Assembly (NCBI RefSeq): GCF_910592395.1
Contig: NC_088308.1
Span: forward strand, 2,542,001-2,606,000
Direction: 5' to 3'
Source: Lineus longissimus
Taxonomy: Eukaryota
DNA length: 64,000 bases
Position 1 is the first letter of the stretch. Each line of letters opens with the position of its first letter. This document shows, piece after piece, positions 62,648-64,000 of the stretch. Below the pieces are notes generated by a model, which saw only the letters and a program-made list of their open reading frames with translations, did no database searches and was not told where the DNA came from. The position numbers were made by a program, and so were the translations under genes.

Positions 62648-62691
62648 ACCTTGACAGTTTCGAGAAGTGACAATTCTCTTCCTCAGAAAGT
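62648..62691 (-). ncRNA. Minimal type I hammerhead ribozyme, inverted copy on the PKG sense strand
   Basis: Reverse complement ACTTT-CTGAGGA-A-GAGAATTGTCACTTCTC-GAAA-CT-GTC-AAGGT; one stem II substitution relative to the + copy. Confidence 0.75.
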
Positions 62692-62735
62692 TAGTTAGTT
62701 CTACATCTAGCGGTCAAAACTCAGAACTAACTATA

Positions 62736-62779
62736 ACTTTCTGAGGAAGAGAAGTGTCACTTCTCGAAACTGTCAAGGT
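62736..62779 (+). ncRNA. Minimal type I hammerhead ribozyme
   Basis: ACTTT-CTGAGGA-A-GAGAAGT(GTC)ACTTCTC-GAAA-C-T-GTC-AAGGT: stem I, CUGANGA core, stem II, GAAA, 1-bp stem III, GUC cleavage site at 62774. Confidence 0.8.
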
Positions 62780-64000
62780 AAAGACTCTTTCCATTGATTG
62801 TGTAAAAATTAACATTCTGATTTATGTCAAATATTGTTAATAAAGATTCATGTACTCGACGAAATATTAGATCTCATAATGCATCAGACATGTCTCCGAG
62901 TCTATTTGTGTGTGCCCTTTTTTATCAACGTGCATTGAAATGGCAAGCAACATCCCACAATGTCTAGACGACATGGGCACTTATGCACCTGATAGGCCTA
63001 CTTTCTGAAAAGGTTACCTCTTCGTTGTCTTGATATGCTATCATGATAGCCTCCTCTAAATTTCAAATGTTTCAAAAGAATGACCTATTATAACAGACCT
63101 TTGAGCAATTCCACCCAAATCGCCAAAATCTTACCAGTTTTGATATAGGGTCTTCCTCATACAACCCCGATGTTGCCTGCCGAAAATATCACTGGACGTT
63201 CTTGTTTATCTTTAAGATATTTCAACATTTATGGAGTTTGGTAAACCATCAAATTGTAACTGTTTCATCCTTTATTTATAAAGCGAACACGATTCCCCAG
63301 AAACCAGATGCAATGAATGACTCGAACGTGGCCTCCATTAGGAAAACGTAGATTTAGAGTGCCAATTCTCTCAAGAGGATATTTCGCATTCTCACCATCA
63401 GATGTTTCCTGGCCGTTCGTTTCATTCAAGAACAAGTTGAGATGATGATGATGGAACACTTAACGAATACTGAGATAAGAGTTAGTATTGATGGTCTATA
63501 ATCGTTTACGGGAATTTATACCCGTTCATGAGGGCAATCACCATCAACTTCGAACGAAAAACTACCTGATCTTCCGAAAGAAAATGTGAATATTGATCTA
63601 TTTCTGTACACTCCTGATATTTATTCGGCGCATTATTTGCTCTGAATGTTTGCTTTCCTCTATCATGCTGCTGTTTGGCTAAAAAGGTAAACTGTGTACC
63701 GCGGATATGATGGCCAAGCAAACAGTGCATTCATCGAGTGTACAATTTATTGGAATAGTACACCCGGTACGTGACAGCTGACGGAAAACCAGGTTTCGTC
63801 CAGGGATTTGTCAGCCGGCGACAAGTAAGCAGCGAAGATGGATTAGCCTTGGGGTCGACATACTCAGGTACAATGTAGCTGTTAACCACAGATCTAAAGA
63901 TTCATGAACCTGTGTTGACTGATATACACAATGTGTGTCCCCATTTGAACCTCCTATAAAAAGAAGATCGTATCGAACACAAATTTGTGCAAGAAAACGA

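Larger units (their letters stand above)
62570..62822. mobile_element. Penelope-like element remnant: inverted pseudo-LTR pair with tail and TSD
   Basis: ~90-bp near-perfect inverted arms, ~32-bp unpaired extension on the left, flanking direct repeat TATGTCAAATATT (62557-62569, 62823-62835), and a hammerhead motif in each arm. Confidence 0.75.

Noticed and set aside
63125..63200. Minus-strand donor CTG|GTAAGA as the end of a PKG first exon
   Set aside because: Joining to the 49916 acceptor creates TGA in the PKG frame.

Overview
Eukaryotic (invertebrate metazoan-like; species not determinable) genomic DNA. Most of the window is the intron-rich body of a minus-strand cGMP-dependent protein kinase gene (PKG-I/foraging/PRKG1-like). 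I traced 15 coding exons by hand from 49916 to the stop at 807. All have GT-AG boundaries and consistent phases, giving about 597 codons that cover CNB-A, CNB-B, the kinase domain and the AGC C-tail. The N-terminal leucine-zipper/autoinhibitory exon was not found and is probably upstream of the window. The introns carry many non-autonomous foldback transposons (Tc1/mariner-, Harbinger- and IS3EU-like). Four observations stand out: (1) a cluster of frame-preserving phase 2-2 candidate cassette exons, including an 18-nt microexon, in the intron between CNB-B and the kinase domain; (2) a Penelope-like inverted-repeat insertion with two minimal hammerhead ribozymes, one per strand; (3) an IS3EU-like element with a 6-bp TSD that splits an antisense ORF lying behind a CRE/CArG/octamer/TATA cluster; (4) an in-frame exon downstream of the PKG stop exon that could give an alternative C-terminus. 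All calls come from manual reading; no searches were run.
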